This document shows, one piece after another, positions 41,001 through 54,960 of a stretch of 64,000 nt of DNA. The stretch is from NCBI RefSeq assembly GCF_036321535.1, contig NC_087436.1, positions 51,524,001 through 51,588,000 on the forward strand, given 5' to 3'. Position numbers and translations under genes: made by a program. This stretch comes from Camelus dromedarius (lineage: Eukaryota). Under the pieces are notes generated by a model, which was not told where the DNA came from, did no database searches, and was given only the letters and a program-made list of their open reading frames with translations. Position 1 is the first letter of the stretch. Each line of letters starts with the position of its first letter.

Positions 41001-43940
41001 TTCAGACATTTTATAATGAGCATATATTTTTACTATAATTAGATAAAAATTTTAAATTAAAAAAAAAATTTCTTCAGACTTAAAAATTCTTATCCATAAA
41101 TCAAAGTTGCTCAAATAAACTATAAAATTAAATATTTGAAATTATATAATATTAAGAAAGCAGGAAAAATTTTGTATATCTCCTTTTTCCTAACCTCTAA
41201 ACAGCTTTGAAAGACTAGGAAACAATTACAGATTAGATACAAACTACATTTTCTCACATTTTAAAAGAATTTCAATGAGTTGCAAAGAGATTGTCTAGTT
41301 GAATAAAAAAATTATTTTGTGTAGTTCTTGTCATTGTGACTAACTGAACAATGATTAAGAAAATCCCCCTTGCTTAAGAAGCTCCAGACTAGAGAAAGGG
41401 AATGATAAAGCATTTGTTAGGGTGTTAAGAGGCATTCAAGTAGATTTGAAAATTCACGTTCTCAATTACCATGTTAGTCAAATAGAATTACTGTGGAGGT
41501 ACTTGAATAAAAAAGAAAAGTTGAATAAAAGCTAGGCTTTTTCATATGGGAAACTATTAAAGAGATTGATGAGCATTATTGACACTCCTACAAATACCAC
41601 GATACTACTAAGAATCAAAAAAAAAAAATACACATATGAGATGAACTTAAGACGAAGCCCTGTGTTGATTTCCACCTGTCTCCAACATTCCTATAACAAT
41701 TCTGAAGGAAAACATAATTGCCTAGTGTATACTACAACCATAAAAATGTAATGGATAAATACAGTTCCTGGAACAAATATAATTCCAACTCTGCTATTAC
41801 ACAATTTGTAAATGGGGATTTACAAAAAATCAATTCTTCCAATATATAGGAATATTAAGACACGAGTAAAAGGAATTTGAAATATCTCATGTAGACTTAA
41901 AGTGAAAAATTATATATCCTCAACATATGAGTGTAAGTGAATTCCCACATGGTGGTAATATAAAATGTCTGACTCTTCAAACATTTACTTATTTTTCAAT
42001 ATAATTTAAACTGCCTATTGTGTTTCTCAGTGAAGAATTAAGAATTAAAATTAGCGGCCTCCTGCTCTACTTCCTATGTGAAATGTAAACATTTGGTAAA
42101 TCAGTGTTAAAGGCATCATTTTGCATCAAGCTGTTTGTTGATTTGATGTGATCTTGTTTTATCTTCCAGCAGAAACCTAACTGTGAATGAGAAAATGTTA
42201 CTGGTGTTAAGAAAATAAAGTTCAAAGTATCTGTCTAGAAAACTAATTATGGAGACTACCAAATGGCTGGTTACCGGGTAGAGTAAGGAGTGTTGAAGTC
42301 AAACAGAGCTCATAGGCAACATTTCCTTCCAAATCTGATGATGTTGGCTCATTTATCACCTGAAGATGGGATTCTATGGACCTGAGTTACATAGGCTTTA
42401 GGATACTGGCTGTGTTGACATAGATTTCAGAGCTAGATATCTTATCCAATGAGACAGAGAAGTGGTCTGTTTTTACATGGGCTCTTTACATAGTTTCTTC
42501 CTTTTAACACTAGAGTTAATGTTCAGAGAAGCTTTCAAATTGCATTGTCAATGTAGCAGATGACCATTTCCTATGTGGAACTGAAACATGAAAAAGAAGT
42601 CCAGCTTTTAGAAAAAATCAAGAGAAAATCATCTAATATTTTTGAGCAGCAAGGAATGACATAAGCTAGCTATTGTGCAGTTAACAGCATAATATGCCTG
42701 AGTAATATGGAACAGCACACTTCAGTTTTGATACAAAGAAACCTGGAGTGGGAGCACTACATTTATAACGTGAACATGGTAAAACGCTATTCAACATGCC
42801 ATTCCCAATACAACTACAACTAACCTGACCAAATGCCTTCATCTATCTTATTAGCAAAATAACTTATGATTACACTCTGGGGTCTAAGACTAATACGCTT
42901 CTACTAACAATGTAGTGTTTGAGTTTTATTCTCCACTATATATAAGAATGGCCCAAAAAATGATATTTAGAAAGCAAAATAAAATGTAATAAAATAATGA
43001 AAAACAGAATTCAAAAAGATAAATTGATTAAAATAAAAAAGAGTAATTTCTTCAAAGAGATGTTCAATATGTACCATAAATTGAGGAAAACACCTTGAAA
43101 CCTTAGTCCTTGCAGCCTCAGAAATAATTTGAGCTACTTTATTAAATCATGCGAGTCACAGAAGCTCTTTGGGACAAAATAAAACCCTTGTGTAGAGCAT
43201 CACATACCTGAACCCACATTTATAATTCAGACTTTTTGAGGAGTATACTTCTCAAACAATCCATCACTTTAATTGGAATTCTGAAGTTATAATGAACTAT
43301 TAGTTTCTCAGAGAAAGAAAAAAAGCAGATATTCAATCCTTGAATCTAAAAGTTGGCAGCTAATAATTTTTCAAACTTTAATACATTCTAGAAGTACAAA
43401 AACAGTGCTACTGGCCTTTGTCCTAAATGTACTGTTATCATTACACATTCACTGTTAGAATTAATTATTGTCTAAATTAGTGGACAATCAATGTAGGTGT
43501 TTTAAATCATGCTGCTAATTCATTAAAATATTTTACATAATATATGATTTTGAGCAGTCTTGTCAGCTGCTCAAAGGCATTTTGACTTTATTCTGTGAGC
43601 AATTTAGACCCCATCAGCAAACATGAGTTTTAGAAAGAGAGCGAGAAGACAGGCCGCCAGCAGCAGATAGTAAAAGGGAAGAGCATGATCCAGGCCAACG
43701 GGGATGGGGAATGGGCAAGTAGAGATAGTTCTAGGGCAGAGAAATTCATTCCATGTGGGAGAAAGAGAGGGTTCTGTGATAGTGCTCGGGCGCTAGGAGT
43801 AGCAGTGATGCTTTTAATAGGGCTAATTTTTTTTTTTTTTTTTTTTTTGGTGAAAAAAGAAGAAACTACTGTTTTAGCAAATCTGAAGGTGGAACATACA
43901 TAAACAATATGAAGTCTAGGGGGAAAAATGCAGACTAGAA

Positions 43941-46335
43941 CAGTGATTCAGAGGGTCCATGAGGTCAAAACAATTTTCATAATAATACTACGATGTAATC
44001 TGACTATGATGGTGCAAAAGTAATGGAAAAGCAACCATGGCCTAAGCATGACTAATAAAGGTCATGGCACCAAATTATGCTGTTAACCACCATACACTTG
44101 TGCTTAAAGTAAGTGTTAATTTTGTATATAAAAAAAACCACAATAAGATACCACTGCAAAACCATTAGGATGGCTGAAATTGAAAAGACTGACCAAGTGT
44201 TGGTGAGGGTGGGGAGCAACGGGAACTCTCAACACTGCTGGTGGGAAAATAAAATGGTATAACCACTTTGGAAAATAGTCGTGTAGTTTGTCCCACTATG
44301 ACTGATGACATCAAGCATCTTTTTCACGTTTTTACTTGCAATTTGAATATCTTCTTTGGTGAAGTGCCTATTTAAATCTTTCACTCAGTTTTGTCATTGC
44401 ATTTTTTACCTTTTTATTGTGTTTTGAGATTTCTCTCTCTATATATACTGTATACAAGTCCTTTATAATTGACTTTTCTACTGATCATGTGTGAAATTTG
44501 CCTTCTTCCTTGCATGCTGGGTAATTTTTGATTTGCTATTGGACATTACAAACTTCATCTTCCTTGGGTGCTGTATAGTTACACTTCAGCTTTGTTCTGA
44601 GCGAAGCAATGTTGTTTGAAAACAGTTTGATCTCTTTAAGGCTTGCTTTTAAATTTTGTTAGGCATGACTGGAACAGACTTTTGTTTAGGGCTGATTTTG
44701 CCACCACTAGCCAGGCAATACCTCGCTAAGTGTCCTCCCTGATGTTTCTCAGATTATAAGGTTTTTCTACTCTTGCTGGTGGAAACACAAGCTATTCCCA
44801 GCTCAGAGTGAGCTCCTGAGATGTTCTTTTGCTCCCTCAGGATGGTTCTTTCTTTAGTCTCGAGTAGTTTTCTTTCAGGCGTGTGGTGATTTGTATTCAG
44901 CTGGAGATTCTAGCAATCCCCTGCAGCTCTCCATAGCTCCTCTCCATGAAGTTCTCTCCACTTCAGTACTCTGCCTCGTGGACTCAAGTTGCCTCAGCCT
45001 GCCTGTACCCCCACCTCCATCTCCTGAACTCTGGGAAACCAGTGACTCAACCTGGCTTACTCCTTCCCCTCCTGTGGCCTGGAAACTCTCCAGGACATAA
45101 GCCGGGGCAATTACAGGACTCATCTTACAGTTTCCCCTCTCTTGGGGATGATGTTCCTGAATGGCCTCATGTCCAATATCTGAAAATGGTTGTTTCATAT
45201 ATGCTTTGTACATTTTATTTAGCTGTACTCGATCCTAATTACTCTATCTGGCAAGAAAAGAAAGACCAGTATATATGTCTTTTTAATATTCTATGTGGCC
45301 AAAGGCATACTGCACTTCTGCAGCCTGTTGAAGTTCAGTAGTTATCTCAAGGAAAAGGAGCTGTGCAATTATTTGATTTGCTGCTGAGAAAGTCATTAGG
45401 CTCCCTCCTCTGCTCCCCTCTTGAAACAGGCTATATTTGAAAGAACAACTAATAGACAACCCATGTTTAGGTTATTCAGACATGACTACCAGCAGACATT
45501 TTCTTGAAAGTGAATAAAGTGAACCTGCAACTTCAAGGAAAGCTTATCGACAATATTTGTTGGCAATGAGAAAATTTGTACTTTGAGCAAAAAATAGAAC
45601 TTTAAGAAAACTTGTATCCATACCATGAGCTTGAGAGCTTCTCAATTCTTAATACTTTCTGATTAGATCACTAGTGATATAAATGAGTATGATTCGAGGA
45701 TGCTGTATAATGAAATATGTCAATATGTCAATACTTTGAAGTTCTGCATCTAAGTGAATCAATATTTTCCACGTGACCACTGTATGATGTTACAGAATCC
45801 TGCATTGGTAGAACAGTCATTTAAAGTGCAAGACAGGCCAAAGAAGTGTAATTTAACACAGCACAAGAAGTTCATTGATAAGATTTTTAGATTCTACATT
45901 GCAACAAAGCTTTAAGAAATTAGCACTTGTCAAGTCTGAATGTAGTATTAAAAAATACTCCTCTCTTTCTAACTACATATCAGAGTGAGACCATTTTGTT
46001 CATGTACAACATGTTGCCGAAGCCAATATGAGAATCTAACTGACTTCTATTAAACCAGACATTAAAGAGTTTTGCAAAAATGTAAAGCAATGCTGCCTCT
46101 CTCACTAATTAATTTTTGTTTTTGAAAATATAGCCCTTTTACATAGAAATATGTTATTTGTGGTAACATGTAATGAATTTATTATTTTAAATGAATTAAT
46201 ATTTTAATTCTACATTTTAATTTCTGACATAATAAAAATCAATAAATATAACTGACATAAACAAAAGCTCTTTGAGTTCTCAAAAACTTTTAAGAATATA
46301 AAGTTTCTTGAGAAGAAAATGTTTAAGAACTTCTA
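43941..46335. mobile_element. Charlie1-like hAT transposon remnant with nested L1 pieces
   Basis: Left end gggtccatgaggtcaaaacaattttcataataatacta; transposase-derived 45270-46100 (agcagacattttcttgaaagtgaataaagtgaacctgcaacttcaaggaa); right end acataaacaaaagctctttg...aagaac. TSD-like gactagaa and gcttagaa. Confidence 0.8.
44130..45270. mobile_element. Old L1 fragments inside the Charlie element
   Basis: Plus-strand ORF2 3' piece at 44130-44288, minus-strand ORF2 piece at 44290-44466, and minus-strand L1M 5' region to ~45270. Confidence 0.7.
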
Positions 46336-48749
46336 GCTTAGAATTATATAGATATAAATATAGATACAGAGCTGAGAGGAAATGTCTTAAGCCACATTTT
46401 GGGAGAACAAAACTCGCCAAGGACAGAAACCCTCACCTTCCTACTGTCCCTCAAATGTCTTTATGTCCAATTCGTCCTTAAGATGTGTTTATTTTATCCT
46501 TAAGCATCGTTCTAATTCATCCGCTAGAATCCATCTCCCCATTAATTCCTTAATTCAGGCCCTCATCATTTCTCTTCCATACCATTGCAATATCGTCTTG
46601 TCCAGTCATTGTAGCCATTAACTGTATACCACACTGTCACAACAATCCTTCTAAAACCCTTGTCTGGCTATATCTGATCCACATTTGAAAGGTATTTGAA
46701 AACAGTGCCTTGCAGTTAAAAATCAAGCTCCACAGAAGCATGAAAGGCCATTCAGATTGCCTCTAGCTCAGGTATCTCTCCAGCCTTGTTATACAAGAAT
46801 ACCTACACATGAGTTATTGTCATTCGGAGCTATGTGGAATTTTCTCAGTGAAATAGATTTGCTCTAGCCTCAGCGTATTTGTCCATGTTGTTACATACTC
46901 CCCAAATGGAAGAGTTTAAATAAATGAAAACAACTAATTGGGCTTTTCTAGAGTCATTTTTATCATCCTATATTTATGAGTAACAGACATGATTATAAAT
47001 GTGACCAGACAAGTGTTACTGAAAGGTTTTCTTTCTAATCTGGTAAACAATTATGCAACAATAGGATTGATCAGAAATGATCTGAATGGGATGTTTAAAT
47101 GGCTGAAAAACAATCACCTTGTATAAGGTTTACAGTTTCTGATCAGTGAAATGGACAAAAGATTTAAAGAAAGTTGTAATGGATTTAGGTAATGAACTTC
47201 ATTGCTACTATTTATGTAACCTTATAATCTAAGAGTTTATGGATTTATCTATGACATTCTTTTTTAGGTATACTTTTTTTTTATAAAATGGCCTCTCCTG
47301 TCCCAACCCCTTTATAACTCAATTAAATTGAAGGAGAAAGCATTAGAAGGAAGAACACCCAGTAAAGCCAAAAGTAAATTTTATGCCACATGTTCCCTAG
47401 ACACATCTGCTCAAAGGCCAGCACACAGAAGAAGCACAGTTACTGGACACAGGCAATGTATTACTGGGAGAGCAGAACAACATGGTTTCACATAAAAGGC
47501 CTCCTCAGGGTAGGAATTTGCAAAGGAACCATAATTCAAATGTTTCAATTTAATTAATGTGTCATACCACACTTATTTCTAATTTGCTATTATTATAAAC
47601 ATAAATCAGTAAGTTTCCTTAAACCATAAAGTCCACTATAAAAAAATTAATCTTTTCTTGACATATCTCTGAATTCAACCACCTAATGTAGTGCCATGCA
47701 TGTAAATAAACTTGAAAATTAATTTAATCACATCTTTTCTATTATGATATACACCTACTTATTATCTTTGATGACCAACAGATGATGGGAAAAGTAGAAC
47801 ACAGGCATCATTTATTAAAATAGTTTTTTTCTTTTCAGTTAAAGAATCCCATATGGTTTATTTTGAAAATTGATTAAATCTCTACTGTTTCTAATAAATC
47901 CCTGTCTCACATATTTCAGTATAACTTTGTTTCACTGATATTTTTTAAAAGAATTTTTATTGGCAACATATTAGAATCGCTAAAAAATTTTTTTCTCCTA
48001 AATTGGAATGTCTAAAAATTTCACACTATCAATCCACTAAAGCTTTATGGTTGCTTTATTTCATGGGTGAATTTTGACAATGAAAATGAAACATGTAAAG
48101 GTAAACCAGAGCCAAAAGGCAGTTTTAGATGTTTGGCAAAGGCTCCTGGAGGCCATGTCTCAAGATGCATGCCAGAAATCTTAGTAAATTGAAAGTTCTA
48201 ATTTTTTACAGTCCTTGTTTTACTTGTAACTGATAATTCTTTCCAATTTAAAAAAGTGTTTCTAGTAATCTGTTAACAGAAGTAGAACAGATTAGAGATT
48301 AAGACTTATCAGTTCCTGTATACTGAACCTAAAACACTATAAAGGATAATATTAATAATAACAATACTCTTCCATTCATGAATTACTGAAGGTAGCATAA
48401 GAAAATTTCTCAGAGGCTAAAACAATAAATAGGCACAAATCCATAATGTTAAGGGAATACAGTGGAACCCACATTTGCTCTGAGTTTTCCTGCCAGTCCC
48501 TGTGGTACTGGGTTTTTAGGAGCATCGCATTCACTGGAGAGGAGACAAAGTCAGGATGTGAGCAAAGTGAGAGATCAGACCAAAAATCTTCTTATCAATT
48601 GGGACACTCAAAGCTTCAAAACTTGTTTTTCTTTCTCAGCCTTGACTCTGGGTGGAATAGGAAAGTAGAAAGACTGCTTCCAGAAATCTCCTAAACTAAG
48701 AGCATTCATGTTGAGTTTAGGACCTGGATAGATTCTACCTTAAAAACTG

Positions 48750-51700
48750 CCAGAAAACTGCAGGCCAAAAATTTAGTTTAAAGTGGTCCCAGGTGGAAAT
48801 TCAAGTTCCTGGCAGAAACAGACCTAAATCTTTTCTTTAGCAAAATACGTTAAAATCAAGCCTCAAAGGATTTATACAGATAAAGTTCCATGTTCCATCA
48901 ATTACAATGAAAAAAATACTTAAAAGAACAAAAGCCTTGGAGAACCAGGCCAGCAATCCACGTATGACTATTTTTAGAAAAAGAATATAAATAAGTGTTA
49001 ATATAATGAAAGGAATTTACAGAAGAGAATGAGGTTGTGAAGAAATCAAAGACTATTAAGATGCACTAGGCTTTGATCAAATACCCAAACTGAGCTCTAA
49101 GAAGTGAAAAATGTTATGGCATGTAATAACTGAAATTAAAACCTCCATAAAGATTGTCAGAGGCAGATGAGAAGCAGCTGAAGAATCTGTCATCCAAAAG
49201 ATAAATCTGAAGAAATTAAGTACAACGAAGCAAGAGGAACAAAGGGAGGGCAGATGGGAAAGGGTGGTTTAGAGACACACAGGGAGAATGAGAAGTCATA
49301 CATGCGCTTAATCGGGTGCAGGAGGTACCTGGAGGAATGGAGAAGAGGGAAGATGTAAAGGCTGAACGTTTTTCAGATTATGAAAAGACATGGAATCTCA
49401 AATCTAAAAAACTCAAATAATTACATATGGGATAAGTTAAAAAGTTAAATATCTAGACACATTGCTATAAAACTGAAGAAACTCAAATACAGCAAGATCT
49501 TAAGAGCTGGCTATTGAGAAAAATAGATTGCCTATAGATGAGTGGTTGCTAGATAACCAGCTTCTCAGCAGCAACACTGATGTGAGAAGAGAGTAGAACA
49601 GTATTCTCAAGAACTGAGAGAAAATAGCTGAACTTTTATATCTAGTGAGACTATCTTCAATAATGATGCAAATCTGACATTTTTGCAGAAATTGAAATTG
49701 TGATAGTTTATTACTAACAGAGCTCATCAAGGACAATTTTTAAAGATATGCTTCTTGGGGAAAAAAAAATGATCCCAGGAAGAGAGTTTTAGATGAAAGG
49801 AAAAAATGGCATACAAATAAAATTGTAAATAGGTGGTTTAAGTTAAACAAATAATGATTCTATAAACATAAAAAATGTGAAAAAAACCTAAAAAATAATA
49901 ATTATCCTGAAAAGTTGGAAAAAGAGGTGATTTTACAGTTAAAGCATTACAAATGGCATTTTCATTTTTCAGTGGAAAGGGTAGATAATAATTAAAGATA
50001 ATAGTTAGTAATTAAAGATAATTTTTAGTAAGTTAGTTGCTAAGCATATATCTTGAGATTTCTAGAATATCACTAAAAGAATAAAGTAGCATGCAAATGG
50101 AATAAGGAGGAATTCAATCCCAAAAAAGGCAAAAAAAAAAAAGAAAGAAAAAAGAAACAAGAAAAAATGGAACAAACAGCAATAAATAAGATGGAAGAAT
50201 TGAACCCATATGCATCGGGTATCACAATCAATACAAATTGCTTAAATTATACATTAAAATATTAAGATTCTGAGACTGAATTTTTAAAATCCACTTATGT
50301 ACCATTTATAAAATATACACCTAATAAACAAAGACAGAACAAAGATAAAAAGATAGCTCAAAATAAGACTATAAAAAGCTATAACATATAGATAACAGGC
50401 TTGGTCTAATGGCCATAAATAATGATGCATTCCAAATACAGAGATAAGTGTTCTTTTCAAGCACACATGGAATATTTTAAAAATCAATCAAATACCAAGC
50501 CATAAATTGAACTCAGTAAATTTCAAACTACCTGAATAATAGACCACAATTCTCTGACCACACAACAAAATTTAGAAGTGAATGACAAAAAGATAAATTA
50601 AAGCCCATACTCCTGTTTATTTGTAATACTTAAGAAGAAATCAAAATAAAAGTAGAAAATAAATGGAACTGAATAATAATGAAAAGTGTTGTAAGAGCTT
50701 ATTGGATATAGATAAAGAATTACTTGGCAAGAAATTATAGTCTTAAATATTTACCAAAGAAAGGAAAAACAGAAGGGTTAGATAAATCCATGAGCTAAGC
50801 ATTTTAAAAATTGAAATAAAGTATAAAGAAAGAAATATTAAATAAAGCATAAAATAACTAAAATAGAAAAATATATGATAGAAAAATTTCTTTAATTTAA
50901 AAGACTGTCTTTTGAAAGGACAAATAAAATTGACAAACTTCTGAGAAGGTTAACATATAAAACAAAAGGAGACAAATAAATTATCTTAGAAATAAAGAGA
51001 GCAGACATTATGTAGAGCAGACATTAAAAATAAAGAAATGTTATAAACAATTTTATAAAGGTAAATTTGAAAACAAAATCAGCAAATTTCTAGAAAAACA
51101 AAATAACAAAAATTACTCAAACAGAAAACCTGAATGATTCCAAAACTCTTAAATAATTCAATTGAAACATTCAAAGAACAGGTAATTAATTCACAATGGA
51201 TAAAATAATCTGGAGTCCAACTTCACATTGCACACAGAATTAATTCCAGATGGATGTCCTATGTAATGAGAAAGTTAAAAGTTTCAAATTTTAGAAGATA
51301 TCTGTAAGACCTAAGAGGCAAAGACTTCTAGGATATAACAAGTAGTAAGCTAAAAGAAAACTATTGATACACTTAACTATATTAAGAGCTTGTTTATCAA
51401 AACTATTAAAAAGGAAGTTAAAAATTTAAGCCCCAAACTCAAACTCTGAGAAGATATTTATAAACTACATAACTAAATATTTTTAAATTATTCAATAAAT
51501 GAAAAGACAAAGTGAGTAAAAGACATGAGGAAGCATGTTATAGAACAAAACTGGAGACTGAAATATATGAATATATAAATGTGCAACTATATGAGAAAAC
51601 GCTCATTAGCAATCAAGAAAATGTAAGTTATATCTACGAGAAAATATACTTTCACATCCACTAAACCGAAAACTAAAAATTCTGAGGGTACCAAGTATTG

Positions 51701-51985
51701 AAGAGAATGGGAAGCATTGAGGACTCATACAAGAAGCAATTCCATACAACTGCGTTGAGGAGACAATTTGCATTAAATTTACATGCACAAATCCTATGAC
51801 TGCAATCTTTTTCCTGGACCTATGCCCCCAAACTAACACTTGTGCACCAGCAGAGTCATGCAAAAAGTATTCCTAACATTTGTAACTGCGTTAATTGAAC
51901 AAAACCAAAACTAATGACCTCTGTAAATAGTCACAATTTATGTGGATAATAAAATGGATAGATAAATTGAGGAGCATTCCAACTA
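48750..51985 (+). mobile_element. Heavily decayed old L1 (L1ME-like): ORF1, endonuclease and ORF2 3' remnants
   Basis: cttctcagcagcaaca...tattctcaagaactgagagaaaa (ORF1); ttcttttcaagcacacatggaatatttt and ttctctgaccaca (endonuclease); aattaattccagatggat and ctcattagcaatcaagaaaatg (ORF2 3'). Confidence 0.75.
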
Positions 51986-52101
51986 TTTCAAACAACAAAG
52001 GAGAGATGCTAATTTCAAATGGGCAAAGCCACCATTTCTACTTCTTTGAGCAATACTTAATTATCTATTAATAAACATTTTACTTATGAGACAGTCTAGA
52101 C

Positions 52102-52320
52102 CAGTGGTTCTTAAACTTCAGAATGCACCAGCCACAGGGGAACTCATTTAATGTTTCTTTCCATGGCCTCTGCTACTCTTCCTCCTTCACAAGTCACTAT
52201 CAGAGACTGTATTCAGTGAAACTAGGGGGAGCCAGGGCTCTGAGGTTCTGGCCAACCCCCTCCCCACTATTCTGAACAGAATGATGGAGATGGACAGAGA
52301 CCCACCCGGTGAATAATGAT
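52102..52320. mobile_element. MER5-like MITE
   Basis: Starts cagtggttcttaaacttcagaatgca directly after a Charlie-type target site gtctagac. Confidence 0.55.
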
Positions 52321-53164
52321 GGGCATTTATTCCTCTTCTTCTTCCTAGTACATAAGGTTGGAGCAATGTAAGAGGGCTCCCTTAATGAAACAATTAGACA
52401 AGACTTTCTTTACTTCATAAAACGAGTAAATTTAATTTAACATTTGTAAGTTCTGACCAAGAAAAAAAAACTTTCAATTTTGAAAACTGCGAACTTAAAC
52501 CAGGAGGAGTGATTCTAATTCATTCACCTTATTTATTAGAGAAAGCCCAAACACATCAAATTGTGAAAATGAACAACTAAAACCACTAGAAAATAGAATT
52601 TCCACCTGCTTTTAACATGTATATCCTTTTGTCTATATTCACCACATCCAGCTTGTGAGAAAACAAGCCATTACCTGGTAAGTTACCAGAAATAGAAACA
52701 GCACTTCTCTCCAGTCTCCTCCTTTCTACTCTGTGCAGGCATTGTTTTCTGAGCGGGGGTCCAAAGCCTCAGGCCCTCACCTGATGATTGCCCTGGGCCC
52801 ACCAAAGGAGTAGGTGTAAATCCAAAAATAAATGAATCTGTTCTTTGTTATCAGCCTTAGTGACAAATCAATTCTCTTCCTATTTCTTCCTACTTCAATT
52901 CCCACCTGTTTTCTGTTTCCTGAACTCTAACCTCTCCTAGTTTGGGAGGTTTTGTTTGTTCGTTCGTTTTATTTAGGTTTTTGGTTTTTTTTTTTTACTG
53001 TTTACTTGATATTTGACTCACTACTTTCCTTGACACTCTTTCAACCTTGAGCTTTCCATCCACCACTTTGATTTCTCCTTCTTGCTCAATCAATCACACC
53101 TTGACCTCTATTTGCAGTCCTAGGGTACCTGTCTCTCCTTCTGCATCTCTCCGCAACTCTCAGA

Positions 53165-53282
53165 TACTTCTTCCCCTCTCCTCCTCCTCCCCAACTTCCC
53201 CTCTCCTCTTTTGTCCTTCCTCCCTCCTTCTTCGCTTCTCCCTCCCTTCCTCCCTCCCTTCCTTCTTTTCTTCCTTCCTCTC
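53165..53282. repeat. CT-rich low-complexity polypyrimidine tract
   Basis: About 115 nt almost entirely C and T (cctt and cctc units). Confidence 0.85.
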
Positions 53283-53649
53283 ATTTTATGTATAGACAGG
53301 AAAGTAATAAAACTAGCTTAAGTTTATTGAGCACAGATTCTTTGCCAGGAATTCTTGTAAGTGTACACTCTTTAAATGTATTAAAAGCTTAATCATCACA
53401 GTAATATCAGATGGAAAGTATTCCTAATTAAGTCAGTGCTTTGCTATGCCTACCAGTCTGGGCTCAGAAGCAAGTAACAGGGTTTCTGTAGGAAAATATA
53501 CTTATTTAACACTTGTTTAATTGAAAAAAAAGTTCCCCTTTTAAAAATTCATCTTATGCAGGAAATTTGGGGGAGAAACTCATACAAGATTATGATACCT
53601 AATCATTATCGAATGTTTTTGAACCACTCGATTTTTCTAAGAAACACAA

Positions 53650-54960
53650 TATATACAATAGGCAACAAGCCAGAGTAGAAGACATAAGACATGGTACTTG
53701 ACATAAAGGGCTACAACATTACATAGAATAAAAAATAAGTAAACAGTACAGAGTGAACATGAGTTCTCGTGCCAGATGACCCCGGCCCCATCCAACAGAA
53801 TGAATGGCAGTAAAATGCTATATTATTACATACAAAACAGACATTTGGAGGCTCCATGAATGCCAACAAAAGGATAATTCGGTCTAACTTCATGGTGCAT
53901 ACACTGAACTATGTCCTCCTTCAAAAGCCATAACCTCTCAAAGACACAAAACTATCAGCACATAACACAAGAATGTGTTCTCTGTAGTTCTCTTAGAACT
54001 ACAGATATGTGTAGGAGATGACTCAGGATATTTAACTAATAATCATACACACACACACATAGACATACATTCATGTTTTCTCTCTCTTTGTTGGTGTTCT
54101 GTGTTCATCCTTTCTTCCCTTGAGTTCAGTGAGCATCTTTATGACCAAAACTTTGAGCTCATTATCAGATAGATTGCCTCTCTTCTTTCATTTATATAAT
54201 TTTCTGAAATTTGTCTTGTTTTTTTGATTAGAACACTCTCCTCTGTTTCTTCATTTTGCCGAATTATCTGTGTTTCTGCATATTAGGTAAACCAGCTCTC
54301 TCTCCAAGTCTTGAAGGAGTAGCCTTATTGAGAAAATGTCCTGTGGGTCTCAGAAGCATAATTCTGCTTAGTCACGAGAGCCAGGTGCTCAAGGGGTGTC
54401 CCCCTGGGGGCACATGGACTTTGTGAAACTTCCTGTTGTGGCTGCGCCACGTTGCTACAGCACACTGGTGAGCAGGGCTGGCCCCGGCCTGGCTTCAAGG
54501 TCCATCCGAGGTGTGACTCTCAGCAGGGCCTGCCCACTGGTGGTAACAGGTTAGAGGAAGAATTTTTAAATGGCACCTGCCAGTGTCAGCATTAGGAAGG
54601 TAGCCTGAGATGGCACACACACACACACAAAAAGCCCCTGCCAGTCTCTTAGTCTCTGGGGAGAATCCCAACTTGTCCTTGCCTCTCTGGCAGATGTTTC
54701 AGATTCTTCAAGATTAGTAAATGGGTCCCCTACACCTATGGGCCATGTGCTTTTCAATCTGGTATTTTTGGACTGGTTTTCATGCTGAGTGAGATGTGTG
54801 CAAGCCTTTTATGAGTGGGTTTTCTGTTTCCTACAGTTTTTTTGGACATAGTCCAAAAATTCTTAGGGAATTATTCCATATATATAGTTGTAGATTTGTT
54901 TGCTCCATGAGAAGACATAAATTTAGGATCTTCTTACATTGCCATCTTGAACCCTCCCAA
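53650..54960. mobile_element. L1 fragments: plus-strand endonuclease piece (~53650-53945) and minus-strand 5'UTR/ORF1 (~54070-54960)
   Basis: ccatccaacagaa...cagacatttgg on the plus strand; cttgagttcagtgagcatctttatgacca and ctccaagtcttgaaggagtagcctt as antisense L1 5' sequence. Confidence 0.6.

Noticed and set aside
49986..50040. Short local duplications such as taattaaagataat x2 (similar ones near 715, 17806, 40030 and 61430)
   Set aside because: Ordinary slippage duplications with no sign of function.
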